Origin: Alphaproteobacteria bacterium
GTDB lineage: Bacteria; Pseudomonadota; Alphaproteobacteria; Bin95
Direction of reading: 5' to 3'
Assembly: GCA_963665325.3 (NCBI GenBank)
Contig: OZ224045.1
Coordinates: forward strand, 1,248,001-1,312,000
Length of the DNA: 64,000 nucleotides
Shown here: positions 19,001 to 27,526 of the stretch, piece after piece
Layout: every line of letters starts with the position of its first letter
How positions within the stretch are numbered: position 1 is the stretch's first letter
Program-made: the position numbers and the translations under genes
The notes under the pieces: model-generated
Seen by the model: only the letters and a program-made list of their open reading frames with translations
Told to the model about the DNA's origin: nothing
Databases searched by the model: none

Positions 19001-20075
19001 CACGCCGCGCGACCAGGTGCGTGAACTGATCTTCGACCTCCGGGACCGCCCCCACCCTGACCATGCGATCCATCTGCTGTGGCTGTCCGCGGACTATGTC
19101 ATCGACCTGGAAGACCGCAGGCCCGCGCTCGCGGCCGCAGCAGCGGAACATCCGGAGTTCATCTGGATCGTTCGGGACCGCATCGCGCCGGAAAGCGGCC
19201 AACGCTTCGACCGGTTTTCGCTTCAACATCTCGTGTTTGTCGTGGAGGCGTTTGGCGCACAATGGCGGAATGTCGGGAGGCCCTCTGGCGTCACGATGGG
19301 CGATTGCAACCCGTCGGACGCCAGCGAGTTCATCCGGCGCACCATCAATGCAATCGCAAGCCGACCGGAACCCGAGGCAACCGTCGCATTGCAGGATCTG
19401 ATCGCCGATCACGCTCCCAGCTATGCCGGTGAGATGAAACTCGCGCTTGCACTGCAACTGAAAGGCCGCCGCGACCATGAATATTCTCCGCCCACTGTCG
19501 GCGAATTGCGCTCGGCGGTAACGGACGGCCTGCCGGAGACCGTCGACCAGATGCGGGCCTACTTTGCCGACTGCATCGAGGAACTCCAGAGACGCATTCG
19601 CGGCAGCAACATCGACATGTGGGAACCTTATTGGGTCGACGACCGACCCAGAGACGAGAACTTCTGCCGCAATCGCATGATCGAGCAAATTTCCGGACGG
19701 TTACCGCCATCGATTCGGTTCGAGCCGGAAATGCACATGCCCAGACAGAAGCGGGCTGATATCGCAGCCATCCGCAACGACGTTGGGCTGCCGGTCGAGA
19801 TCAAGGGTCAATGGCATCGGGAAGTATGGAATGCGGCGTGCGATCAACTCGATGCAAATTATGCGGGAGACTGGCGGGCCGACGGGCGAGGCGTCTATAT
19901 CGTACTCTGGTTCGGCGATGCTGTCCGGAAAGACAAACGCTTGCGACCACATCCAGAGGGCCTGAAACGACCGGAGACGCCCGAAGCGCTCCAGCGAATG
20001 CTGGTCGACCGCCTCCCCGAGGAGCGCCGTTTCCGGATCGACGTCTTCGTCGTGGATGTCAGCAAACCCGAATAG
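16062..20075 (+). CDS. NACHT/STAND-type NTPase with C-terminal PD-(D/E)xK nuclease-like domain; candidate anti-phage protein
   Basis: Walker A GDPGLGKT, Walker B VVDGLDE, LSCR, NPLTL, FTHIHRVIAEFLGARWLA; long helical middle; C-term RADI...PVEIKGQW. Confidence 0.85.
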   Translation: MPARIERTLTREQQEGGQSIARQDGILSFTEPVVILGDPGLGKTVLTQWLGEQPGMKYVRAGTFVRKVNPVTPVTGAERVVVDGLDEIASAAPGGAVDDVLRQLSAVGNPPFVLSCREADWLGAAYRVKIEDEYGVAPVLLHLRSFTEDDARLFLSEEFPEIDSTGVLKHLARCGIESLYENPLTLRMLGEVAQNDGPLPETRAQLFDRACRVMLKEVNPHHHRDSHAHRSEEELLLAAGAICAAQLLCGRVGIFTGPYMETPEGYLHVEDIAGLPLARAANDALRVRLFQSEGESRFTHIHRVIAEFLGARWLARRFEADVSEKRILGLFRHGEGIPTSLRGLHAWMAHFNEVLARRCIEADPYAVLRYGDAETLSLDLARSLLTALTKLSDENPYFRSEDWGRHPVSGLLRTELKGDIRAIVEPSRSHIQLTNLLLEAMAGTPLAEALADTLDSIMFDGRRNVEERSAAARALYAASVRNDREAVIQRLLEMNDPDSAQVAFEILRRIGLSGVPGRTSINTVLAYLGIPPNLKPRVLRYVPDNLFSELDAGRLASWLDCLVETARPLMDKADFEADWYVARLVRRLVVMVLEADPVVRPERVWAWIEWLDRRRGYSGDINKRLIAILRENRALRAGILEHVLLTQCAENTWMAGRRLFDTGFELYPTADDLAGVLRALHARTGGARIDRETWRGILLHGRTADGLPVSIRSAAVEVAGGDEDLLSMIDEISERPAAEWEARQAQWEAKNEARRQAVYRAHRQRLAENADAVAAGDVHVLELPAAVYLGRTVALDGHFHFDAEVPPTERLRAFLGDELADRAMSGFVAVLGRNDLPSASVIAEAHCENDYCVAETAIIAGIAEILRSGRPLAGVDRAVLAAAYMTWQRRFGLDAPDLRSIGPELEAALFSSDSDRDNHFRMSIEPQLDHNRSHPAELHRLTHEPCFSALAGRLSIDWLRCYPALNLHVQTELLTCALRNTPRDQVRELIFDLRDRPHPDHAIHLLWLSADYVIDLEDRRPALAAAAAEHPEFIWIVRDRIAPESGQRFDRFSLQHLVFVVEAFGAQWRNVGRPSGVTMGDCNPSDASEFIRRTINAIASRPEPEATVALQDLIADHAPSYAGEMKLALALQLKGRRDHEYSPPTVGELRSAVTDGLPETVDQMRAYFADCIEELQRRIRGSNIDMWEPYWVDDRPRDENFCRNRMIEQISGRLPPSIRFEPEMHMPRQKRADIAAIRNDVGLPVEIKGQWHREVWNAACDQLDANYAGDWRADGRGVYIVLWFGDAVRKDKRLRPHPEGLKRPETPEALQRMLVDRLPEERRFRIDVFVVDVSKPE

Positions 20076-20192
20076 AACGCCTTCGGGCAGCAGCTTCCTG
20101 CGACTGCGTTCCGATCTCGGTCCCCGATGTCGACAGCAGCCTGCCTTGGCCGGAGCCGACGGGCGTCGGACCGCTCTGTGCCAGACCGCGCT

Positions 20193-20744
20193 TCAGCGCG
20201 GTGGCCAGCGCGCGGGCGGCGGTGGTGGCAGATCCAGCTCGGACAGGTCCAGGTCGTAGTCGGCATGGAAGGCAGGCAGCCGGCCATGTTCGACCGCACC
20301 CAGCACGGCGACGAACCAGCCGGCATAAGCATGGTCCATGCCTGTGCTCTCGCTGGCCAGCCACGGAAAACGTTCGATAAACATCCGGGCGAGCTGTCTT
20401 GGACTCCTGCGGCGCGCATCTTCCCACTCGAAGAAACAGGCGCCCGCGCCGGTAGTGTAGTGGACGCCCGCACACCAATCGATGAGCGACCAGCCGTCGG
20501 GGGCGATATTCGGGACAGAGGCAATTGAACAGCGCCAGTGGAACCCGGAGGGAGACCAGCCCGGCGATATTCGAACGCCTTGGTAGCCCAGCTTGTGCAG
20601 TTCGTGGACCATCGCGAGCAATCGGCGAATATGTCCGAGGCTGCGACGGACCCTTGAACTGCTCTCGAAACCGATCACCTGCTCAAAGCGCGCCAGCGGT
20701 GCCGGAGCCGAACTGTTGCCCGCCGCCCGCTCTCGCGGATTCAT
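20193..20744 (-). CDS. Hypothetical protein, 183 aa
   Basis: ATG directly abuts the upstream stop (TAG-ATG); protein-like content (MVHELHKLGYQGVRISPGWSPSGFHWRC; YAGWF). Confidence 0.7.
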   Translation of the reverse strand: MNPRERAAGNSSAPAPLARFEQVIGFESSSRVRRSLGHIRRLLAMVHELHKLGYQGVRISPGWSPSGFHWRCSIASVPNIAPDGWSLIDWCAGVHYTTGAGACFFEWEDARRRSPRQLARMFIERFPWLASESTGMDHAYAGWFVAVLGAVEHGRLPAFHADYDLDLSELDLPPPPPARWPPR

Positions 20745-21671
20745 CTACCTCTTCCCAGCTGCGTCGAGTTCGAGTCCCGACCGTGCCAGAGATCTCAGCG
20801 TACCCACATAATGCAATCGTCGCTCCTCCATCCAGTCGACCAGCTCGTCCCAGCGTTTCTCTTCCTGAATGGCGATCTTCGTCGAGCAACCGAAATAGTG
20901 GCCGTCCCGCCTTGACTGATTGGGTCCGAGGGCCTGCGCTAGGGCTTCGGCGTTCTTGTCCATGAACGCGGCAAGGTCCGTTCCCTCCGTGCCCCGCGGC
21001 CCGCGCAGGAACATGCCCGACTCCCGGCTGCCGACATACATCGACAGAAGGACGGACTCGTCCGGGAACATCGGTAGCCAGACGTTCGAGTACCGCGTGG
21101 GCCGGAACAGTCCCGGATGGCGCTCCAGATACCGGTTCCAGAAGGCCTCCCGCAGCGTCGCAAGCTCGGAGTCGGCCTGTCTGACCCTCCGCTCCAGCGC
21201 CCTTTTCCAGGAGTTCGGTTTCTCCACGACCTCGAAGACCGGCGCGAAAGGGCTGTCATCGATCCGGACCACGCGCACGCGAACGGCGAAGAAGGCGAAG
21301 TCGTCGCCGGTGTTGTCGTTGAGCCAGCGGATCGCCGAACGGTGCGCTTCCTCGAAGTCCGGCGCCACCCAGATCACGTATTTCGCCTCCACGCCGGCGA
21401 GATAGGTCATGATCTGGCCGAGGTGCCCGTGATCCGAGTTTCCGAGCTGGTTCTCGACCAGAACCCGTGAGCCCTCTTCGTCGGTCGTGACGATATCGGC
21501 GGAGAACTGTTCGACCGCGACCTCTGTCTCGCCTGGCTCCAGCTTCAGGCCGACAGCGTCAGACAGATGGTCCAGGTTCGCCACGAGCCAGGGCGTGAAG
21601 TCGCGGGCTTCGTTCTGCCACGCCTCGCGCAGCGGCACATCGGTGAGGCGGGCGAAGGAAGTCGTCGTCAT
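20745..21671 (-). CDS. DUF4268-domain / NucS-like endonuclease-fold protein
   Basis: LREAWQNEARDFTPWL, ADI...VLVENQL...DHGHLGQIMTYLAG, VIWVA motifs. Confidence 0.8.
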   Translation of the reverse strand: MTTTSFARLTDVPLREAWQNEARDFTPWLVANLDHLSDAVGLKLEPGETEVAVEQFSADIVTTDEEGSRVLVENQLGNSDHGHLGQIMTYLAGVEAKYVIWVAPDFEEAHRSAIRWLNDNTGDDFAFFAVRVRVVRIDDSPFAPVFEVVEKPNSWKRALERRVRQADSELATLREAFWNRYLERHPGLFRPTRYSNVWLPMFPDESVLLSMYVGSRESGMFLRGPRGTEGTDLAAFMDKNAEALAQALGPNQSRRDGHYFGCSTKIAIQEEKRWDELVDWMEERRLHYVGTLRSLARSGLELDAAGKR

Positions 21672-21887
21672 CCGGATCCTCGCATAGTCATGTCGTTTCG
21701 ACGCAAACGAACCTCTACGCCGGAGCATACATTGCGGGCAAGCTCCTGAAATGTGCCGGCGATCTGCAAGGATGGGACATTGCCCTGCTCTCCGAAGCGG
21801 TAATCTCCCGGCCTTTCGGCTGCCATGTCATCCATTTCAGCCGAGTTCGCGAATGCCGCCGGCGGGCCGGTTTCACGACGCCCGCAT

Positions 21888-22337
21888 TCAGCCGAACAAT
21901 GGCGTCTCGTTCTCCATCCATTTGCGGAACTGCCGCTCGATCTCCGGCGCATGGTCGGGGCCGAACGCCTCCGCCAGAAGCGGCACGAGTTCTTCATCTC
22001 GGCCCTGCCGGACCATGTCGCGCAGCACCGTCATGAGCAGCAGCTCCACGGACTGCCGGAGTCGTTCGATGGAATTTCCGCGCGGACCCGCCGCCGCCAA
22101 GGTGGTTTCCGCCATGCGGGCGACCCGGTCGAACAGAAGCCGCTGCTCCGCCCCGGAGAGAACCAGCGACGGCCCGGACATTGCCTTCGGGTCGAGTTCG
22201 ACGTTCAGCCCCGCCGAAATCATGTGCTCGTTGATCGAAACGCCGCGCCGCTCCGCAATCTCCCGGCTTCGCTCCCAGTCCAGGTCGGAGCAGGAGATGG
22301 TCAGCCGCACCCGCTCGCCCGGGCGGCGCGCCCTCAT
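21888..22337 (-). CDS. Ribbon-helix-helix / MobC-like protein 3
   Basis: RLTISCSDLDWERSREIAERRGVSINEHM; ATGA overlap with upstream gene. Confidence 0.7.
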   Translation of the reverse strand: MRARRPGERVRLTISCSDLDWERSREIAERRGVSINEHMISAGLNVELDPKAMSGPSLVLSGAEQRLLFDRVARMAETTLAAAGPRGNSIERLRQSVELLLMTVLRDMVRQGRDEELVPLLAEAFGPDHAPEIERQFRKWMENETPLFG

Positions 22338-22663
22338 CGGTCCGCCCCGCCCGAACGGCGCGCCCACAACTCGCGCTGGATGAACGCGATTGCGCCGAAC
22401 AACGACAGGTCCGTGCCGGGAAGCGCCTCGTGCAATGCACGATGGACAGCGTCCATCCGCGCCACCCTGTCATGCAATGTCCGCTGTTCCTCCTCCGAGA
22501 GCACGAGCCGGGGCTCCTTGCGAGGCGGGGCGCCCGCATCCTCGTGCAGCGCGCAGGCTACCAGGAAGTGCGACACCGGCATGCCCGCCGCATCGGCCCT
22601 CGCCCTGATCGCAGCCTTCTCGACCGGCGTGCAGCGCAGGGTGCGGCGAACCTGCCTTGCCAT
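22334..22663 (-). CDS. Ribbon-helix-helix / MobC-like protein 2
   Basis: RTLRCTPVEKAAIRARADAAGMPVSHFL. Confidence 0.75.
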   Translation of the reverse strand: MARQVRRTLRCTPVEKAAIRARADAAGMPVSHFLVACALHEDAGAPPRKEPRLVLSEEEQRTLHDRVARMDAVHRALHEALPGTDLSLFGAIAFIQRELWARRSGGADR

Positions 22664-22670
22664 GACCGCC

Positions 22671-23096
22671 TCAGGGCTGCGGCGCGGGGCCGCCCTCCGG
22701 ATCGGCGCTGCCCGAAACCGCCTGCCACCGTACTGCCGCGCCAGGATCGGTCAGACGGTCCAGGTCCCCCTCCCGCGAGAGCCACGCATCGACGGCATCG
22801 CCAAGAGCGGCCCACCGGTCCCCCAGGTCGAGATCTTCCATGCGCTCCTGCTCCACCTTCGCCAGCACCAGCAGTTCGCGCACCGCACGCCGCATGACGA
22901 CGGCCGGCACGGCCTCCGCCATGATGGCCCGGTGAACGATGTAGCGCGAGATTTCCATGCCCGCCTCGTCGGCCAGCTCCCTGATGCGCGCCCACTCGTT
23001 CGCCGTCGCCATCACCGCGTGCTGGGTGCGGCGGCCCCCCGGCGGCCGGCTCATAACGACGCCTCTGGAGCTGCTGTCGTCGTCACCATCCCCCAT
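22671..23096 (-). CDS. Ribbon-helix-helix / MobC-like protein 1
   Basis: HAVMATANEWARIRELADEAGMEISRYI; start uncertain (23096 or 23054). Confidence 0.7.
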   Translation of the reverse strand: MGDGDDDSSSRGVVMSRPPGGRRTQHAVMATANEWARIRELADEAGMEISRYIVHRAIMAEAVPAVVMRRAVRELLVLAKVEQERMEDLDLGDRWAALGDAVDAWLSREGDLDRLTDPGAAVRWQAVSGSADPEGGPAPQP

Positions 23097-23440
23097 TTTG
23101 CCGGCAAGTATCCTTGCTTTTTTCCTGTATCATTTATCATATCCATCCTCTCACAGACTGTTTCAGTGCATCATCTCCATGATCGCGATTGCCTTCGTAT
23201 CAGACAGGCTTTCATGCATCAAGTTATGCTCAGTGCCTCCCAATGGCAACGCGTTATCTCGATTCTACTTCCCCAAGTGCAATTATTGCCTTCAAGACGT
23301 TCCATGTAGGTCAATCCGATTTCGAGCCATTGCCTCTTGCCATGGCCAAAAATATCCAGTATTTAAGCCTCCTTCATGGGAGGAATGCGCCCCTCTGTCA
23401 GATAGTGCCCTACCCCGAAAAATCTCATTTGGGATTTACA

Positions 23441-23706
23441 CCGTATTCCTGTCCGTGGCCGATGCGATGGAGTCCGAGGACGAGGTTTCGTGGAAGATCG
23501 CCGCGCAACTCATCGGGGACCGGGGGACATTGATGCGCGAGATGCGCGCCCGCTATGTGGAACTCGATCCGCCCTTGGTGAATCCGGAAGCGCTGAATGT
23601 CCTGCTCATCACCAATGCAGTGGAGGAAACCTTCTTCCTGATGGCGAAGATCGAGGCGGAATTCAATCCGTATTCGGGCGCCGAAGAGCATGTCCCCCAC
23701 GCCTGA
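23441..23706 (+). pseudogene. Probable 3' remnant of a Na/Pi-cotransporter (PhoU-domain) gene
   Basis: Abrupt AT-to-GC shift near 23440; VFLSVADAMESEDEVSW...IGDRGTLMREMRARY...LLITNAVEETFFLM recalls the PhoU-like tail of Na/Pi cotransporters; no start context. Confidence 0.4.
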
Positions 23707-23894
23707 CGCCGCCGGGCGGGACAGGCGACCGGGCCTGCGCCTTCAGCCGTCGGCGCGTTCGCGCATCCTGAGCCTCGCTTCCCCCAGCAGGGCGCCGGCG
23801 CCCGAGCCCGCCGGGCTGCTCCGCTCCAGCGCTTCCATGATCGGGTCCTCCCGGTCTTGCGCGCCTGCCTTCGGTTGCAGCGGCGCAGGCCCTT

Positions 23895-24710
23895 CTACGG
23901 CGCGCTGAAACGCCGGGCCGCGTCATCGAGGCGCACGAATTCCGCACCCAGGCGGCGGAGGCCCTGGATCAGCGGTTCGAGGAATAGCATCCGGTGGCCC
24001 CGGCCGATCACCAGCGGGTGGAAGGTGTAGGTCATCAGTCCGCCCTCCTCGTGGCGGACCATGTATCGGAAATCGTCCAGCCAGTTTTCCAGCACGGCGC
24101 CCGTGCCTCTGAGGCCCGGCATGCCGGGCGGCATGAATTCGAAATGCGGCCAGTCGTCCGCGCTCCAGGAGACCGGCAATTCCAGAAGTTCGGTTTCCTC
24201 GCCGAAGGTCGAAGCCTCGTCGGCCCGTATGACATCGCCACGGCGCACCCGGTAGGGCTGCGTGTCGTGGCCCATCATCGAGCTGTCATAGGCGAAGCCG
24301 CGCTCCAGCAGCAGTTCGACGGAATGCTCGGAAAGATCCCAGGCAGGCGAGCGGTAGCCGCGCGGGCGCGCGCCGGTCAGCGCCTCGATGGCGGCAATGC
24401 CCAGGTCCAACTCCTCCGCTTCTTCCTCCCTCGACAACTGGGTCGGCGTGATATGCCGCCAGCCGTGGTGGCCGATCTCGTGGCCGGCCTCGTGGATGCG
24501 CCGACTATGGTCCGGCCACGTGCCGATGGTGATGCCCGGAATGAAGAAGGAGGCGGCAATGCCGTGGCGGTCCAGCAGCCGCAATATGCGCTCGACCCCG
24601 ACCGCGCCGAACTCGCCGCGCGAAAGCATGGTTGGCGAGGTCCGGCCGCGGGCGATGAAGCCAGACATGCCGTCGAAATCGAAGGTGAGTGCTGCAAGGC
24701 AGGCCGTCAT
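23895..24710 (-). CDS. Polysaccharide deacetylase family protein (NodB/CE4)
   Basis: LTFDFDG, HEIGHHGWRH, GYRSPAW, YDSS, TFHP. Confidence 0.92.
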   Translation of the reverse strand: MTACLAALTFDFDGMSGFIARGRTSPTMLSRGEFGAVGVERILRLLDRHGIAASFFIPGITIGTWPDHSRRIHEAGHEIGHHGWRHITPTQLSREEEAEELDLGIAAIEALTGARPRGYRSPAWDLSEHSVELLLERGFAYDSSMMGHDTQPYRVRRGDVIRADEASTFGEETELLELPVSWSADDWPHFEFMPPGMPGLRGTGAVLENWLDDFRYMVRHEEGGLMTYTFHPLVIGRGHRMLFLEPLIQGLRRLGAEFVRLDDAARRFSAP

Positions 24711-25531
24711 CCGCCCATCTCCTCCGACCAGGGCCGGCCGCGCACCGATGCGGCGAGCCCGCCATCGACGACCAGCTCCGTCCCGGTAATGTAGGCTGAC
24801 TCGTCCGAAGCGAGGAATAGCACGGCATAGGCCACGTCCCAGGCCGTGCCCGCGCGGCCCATCGGCACGATGCCGGCTCGCTCTTCCAGCACGCTCTCGA
24901 AACTGTCGCCGTGGACTTCCTTCAGCCGCCGGGTAATGCGCGGCGTCGCCATCATCCCCGGCAGCACCGCATTGCAGCGTATGCCCTGCGGCGCGTATTG
25001 CCCGGCGATGTTGCGCGTCAGTTCATTGACCGCCCCTTTCGAGGCCGAATAGGCGACCGCGGGATAGGCGAAGCGCAGGCTCGCCAGCGACGAGTTGTTG
25101 ACGATCGAGCCGCGCCCCTGTTCGACCATGACCGGCAGCACATGCTTGCAGGCAAGGAACATCGACTTGACATTGACCGCCATCAGCCGGTCCCAGTCTT
25201 CTTCGTCGAGTTCCACCGGGCCGCCGAGTGCCTGGAGGCCGACATTGTTGAAAAGGATGTCGATCCGTCCCCAGGCATCGAGGCAGGCGGCCACCGCCGC
25301 CTCGACTTCGGCTGCAACCGACATATCCGCCTGCCAGGCCCGCGCCTCGCCGCCCTCGGCATGAATCTCCGCCGCTGTTTCCTCCGCGGCGGCCCCGTTC
25401 CGGTCCACGCAGAAGACGCGCGCACCTTCCCGCGCCATCAATGCCGCGCTCGCCTTGCCGTTGGACCACCCCTCGGCGATCGACCCCGCCCCGGCGACCA
25501 GCGCTGCCTTGCCTGCAAGACGCCCGTCCAT
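24707..25531 (-). CDS. SDR family oxidoreductase
   Basis: GAGS..G, ILFNNVG, YSASK, IRCNAVLPG, VDGG. Confidence 0.93.
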   Translation of the reverse strand: MDGRLAGKAALVAGAGSIAEGWSNGKASAALMAREGARVFCVDRNGAAAEETAAEIHAEGGEARAWQADMSVAAEVEAAVAACLDAWGRIDILFNNVGLQALGGPVELDEEDWDRLMAVNVKSMFLACKHVLPVMVEQGRGSIVNNSSLASLRFAYPAVAYSASKGAVNELTRNIAGQYAPQGIRCNAVLPGMMATPRITRRLKEVHGDSFESVLEERAGIVPMGRAGTAWDVAYAVLFLASDESAYITGTELVVDGGLAASVRGRPWSEEMGG

Positions 25532-25610
25532 GTTGCACCCTCCCGGTCCCGCCGCGCCAGTATGGCACGCGGGCCCGGGGCGCGCATGGGACGCTGGCCG
25601 TCCCGGCGGG

Positions 25611-25925
25611 TCAGGTGAGCGTGCCGGCCGGCCGCGCCCGCCGCCGGCGGCAGAGCAGGAACAGCACGATAGCCAGCGCGCCCGGGACGACCCAGGCCGG
25701 CCAGAGCAGCAACTGCACGAAGGCCGGGTCCCAGAGCCAGGGATGCAGGTATCGCTGGATCACGGCCTGGGCGAGGTTGAGGCTGCCGCTGTCCAGCGAG
25801 AACCAGACCTGCCCGAGCGCCTGCGGCTGCCAGCCGCCTCCGGCTGCGGCCTGCCAGATGTCGCCGCCGAGCGCGATCATCGCGCCGCAGGCGAACAACA
25901 GGGCTATGAGACGACAGACAATCAA
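25611..25925 (-). CDS. Small membrane protein
   Basis: TTG start after GGAGAGG; SLNLAQAVIQRYLHPWLWDP motif between TM helices. Confidence 0.7.
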   Translation of the reverse strand: MIVCRLIALLFACGAMIALGGDIWQAAAGGGWQPQALGQVWFSLDSGSLNLAQAVIQRYLHPWLWDPAFVQLLLWPAWVVPGALAIVLFLLCRRRRARPAGTLT

Positions 25926-26015
25926 TGAACCTCTCCAGAAGGCAAAACTAGCGACAATGCGAGCGCTTGCCAAATCCGTTGTGCAATGCAACAACCCCGC
26001 GCTCGGAGAGGTGGC

Positions 26016-27113
26016 ATGCTAGCAGGGATACCGAAGGAAACCGCGCCGCGCGAGCGCCGTGTCGCCGCGACGCCGGACAGCGTGAAACGGCTGCTGGCAA
26101 TGGGTTTCGAGGTGCGCGTGGAACCGGATGCCGGGGCTGCCGCCGGCTACACGGACGCCGCCTATGTCGAGGCCGGCGCAGAGATCGACCCGGAGGCTCC
26201 CGAAGCGGCGGACCTGGTGCTTGCGGTGCAGATGCCGGCCATCGAGCGACTGAAGCGCGGTGCGATGCTTGCGGGCCTGCTGGCGCCCTTCGGCGATGAC
26301 GGCGGTCCGGCCGCGCTCGCTGCCGCCGGCGTCGAGGCGTTCGCGATGGAGCTCATGCCGCGCATCACCCGCGCGCAGACCATGGATGCGCTTTCGAGCC
26401 AGTCCAACCTCGCCGGCTATGCGGCGGTGATCCGCGGCGCCGATCTCTTCGGCCGCGCCTTCCCGATGATGGTGACGGCCGCAGGGACCATCGCGCCCGC
26501 AAGGGTGCTGATACTGGGTGCCGGAGTGGCCGGCCTTCAGGCAATAGCGACCGCCCGGCGCCTCGGGGCGGTCGTCTCGGCGATGGATGTGCGCCCGGCC
26601 GCGCGCGAGCAGGTGGAGAGCCTCGGCGCCAGTTTCATCGAGGTGGCCCACAGGGAGCCGAGCCTTGCCGAGGACGAAGGCGGCTACGCCCGCGAGACGG
26701 GCGAGGATTACAAGCGCGAGCAGGCCGACAAGCTGGCCGAGACGCTCGCGCGCACAAACATCGTCATTACGACTGCGCAGATCCCCGGCCGGCCGGCGCC
26801 GCGCCTGCTCTCGGTGGAGGCGGTGCGCGAAATGGCGCCCGGCTCCGTAGTCATCGATATCGCGGTCGCACAGGGCGGCAATTGCGAGCTGAGCCAGGCC
26901 GACCGTATCGTCGAGGAGCAAGGCGTGCTCATCGTCGGCGACAGCGACCTGCCGTCCCGCGTGGCGCAGGATGCAAGCGCCCTCTATGCACGCAATCTCG
27001 TGAATTTCGTCGAGCTGCTGGTGGACAAGGAGCGCGGCGTGCTGGCTCCCGACTACGAAGACCCGATTGTCTCTGCGACGGCACTGAAAGCGAAGGACGC
27101 CCCCGATGGCTGA
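26016..27113 (+). CDS. pntA: NAD(P) transhydrogenase alpha subunit part 1
   Basis: [41 protein letters not shown]. Confidence 0.95.
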   Translation: MLAGIPKETAPRERRVAATPDSVKRLLAMGFEVRVEPDAGAAAGYTDAAYVEAGAEIDPEAPEAADLVLAVQMPAIERLKRGAMLAGLLAPFGDDGGPAALAAAGVEAFAMELMPRITRAQTMDALSSQSNLAGYAAVIRGADLFGRAFPMMVTAAGTIAPARVLILGAGVAGLQAIATARRLGAVVSAMDVRPAAREQVESLGASFIEVAHREPSLAEDEGGYARETGEDYKREQADKLAETLARTNIVITTAQIPGRPAPRLLSVEAVREMAPGSVVIDIAVAQGGNCELSQADRIVEEQGVLIVGDSDLPSRVAQDASALYARNLVNFVELLVDKERGVLAPDYEDPIVSATALKAKDAPDG

Positions 27114-27522
27114 CCCCCTCAACCGGGACGCTGCGGCGATTGCGGACCGTGCCGGGCAGCTTGCCGACGAAGCGCAGCGGCTGGCCGCCGAGGCATCCGA
27201 CCTCGCCCATCGTGCGGCCCAGGCGGATGCGCCCGGGACCGACCCCCTGCTGTTCGGCCTGACCGTGTTCGCGCTTGCCTGCTTCGTCGGCTATTACGTG
27301 GTCTGGAAGGTCACGCCAGCACTTCATGCGCCGCTGATGTCGGTAGCCAACGCCATTTCCGGTGTGGTCGTGCTTGGCGCGATGATTGCCGCCGGCCCGG
27401 CCATTTTCGGCATCTCCAAGATCCTGGGTTTCGTCGCCGTGGTGCTGGCCTCGGTCAATATCTTCGGCGGTTTCATCATCACCCAGAGAATGCTGCAGAT
27501 GTTCCGCAAGAAGGACGGCTGA
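27106..27522 (+). CDS. pntA: NAD(P) transhydrogenase alpha subunit part 2
   Basis: [32 protein letters not shown]. Confidence 0.95.
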   Translation: MADPLNRDAAAIADRAGQLADEAQRLAAEASDLAHRAAQADAPGTDPLLFGLTVFALACFVGYYVVWKVTPALHAPLMSVANAISGVVVLGAMIAAGPAIFGISKILGFVAVVLASVNIFGGFIITQRMLQMFRKKDG

Positions 27523-27526
27523 CGGG

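Noticed and set aside
2900-23440. attL/attR repeats for the left element (GGGAGGAAT, AATCTCA shared near both edges)
   Set aside because: Too short and inconsistently spaced to support
23418-23440. TGTAAATCCC... as a transposon end
   Set aside because: No partner inverted repeat or TSD found in the window
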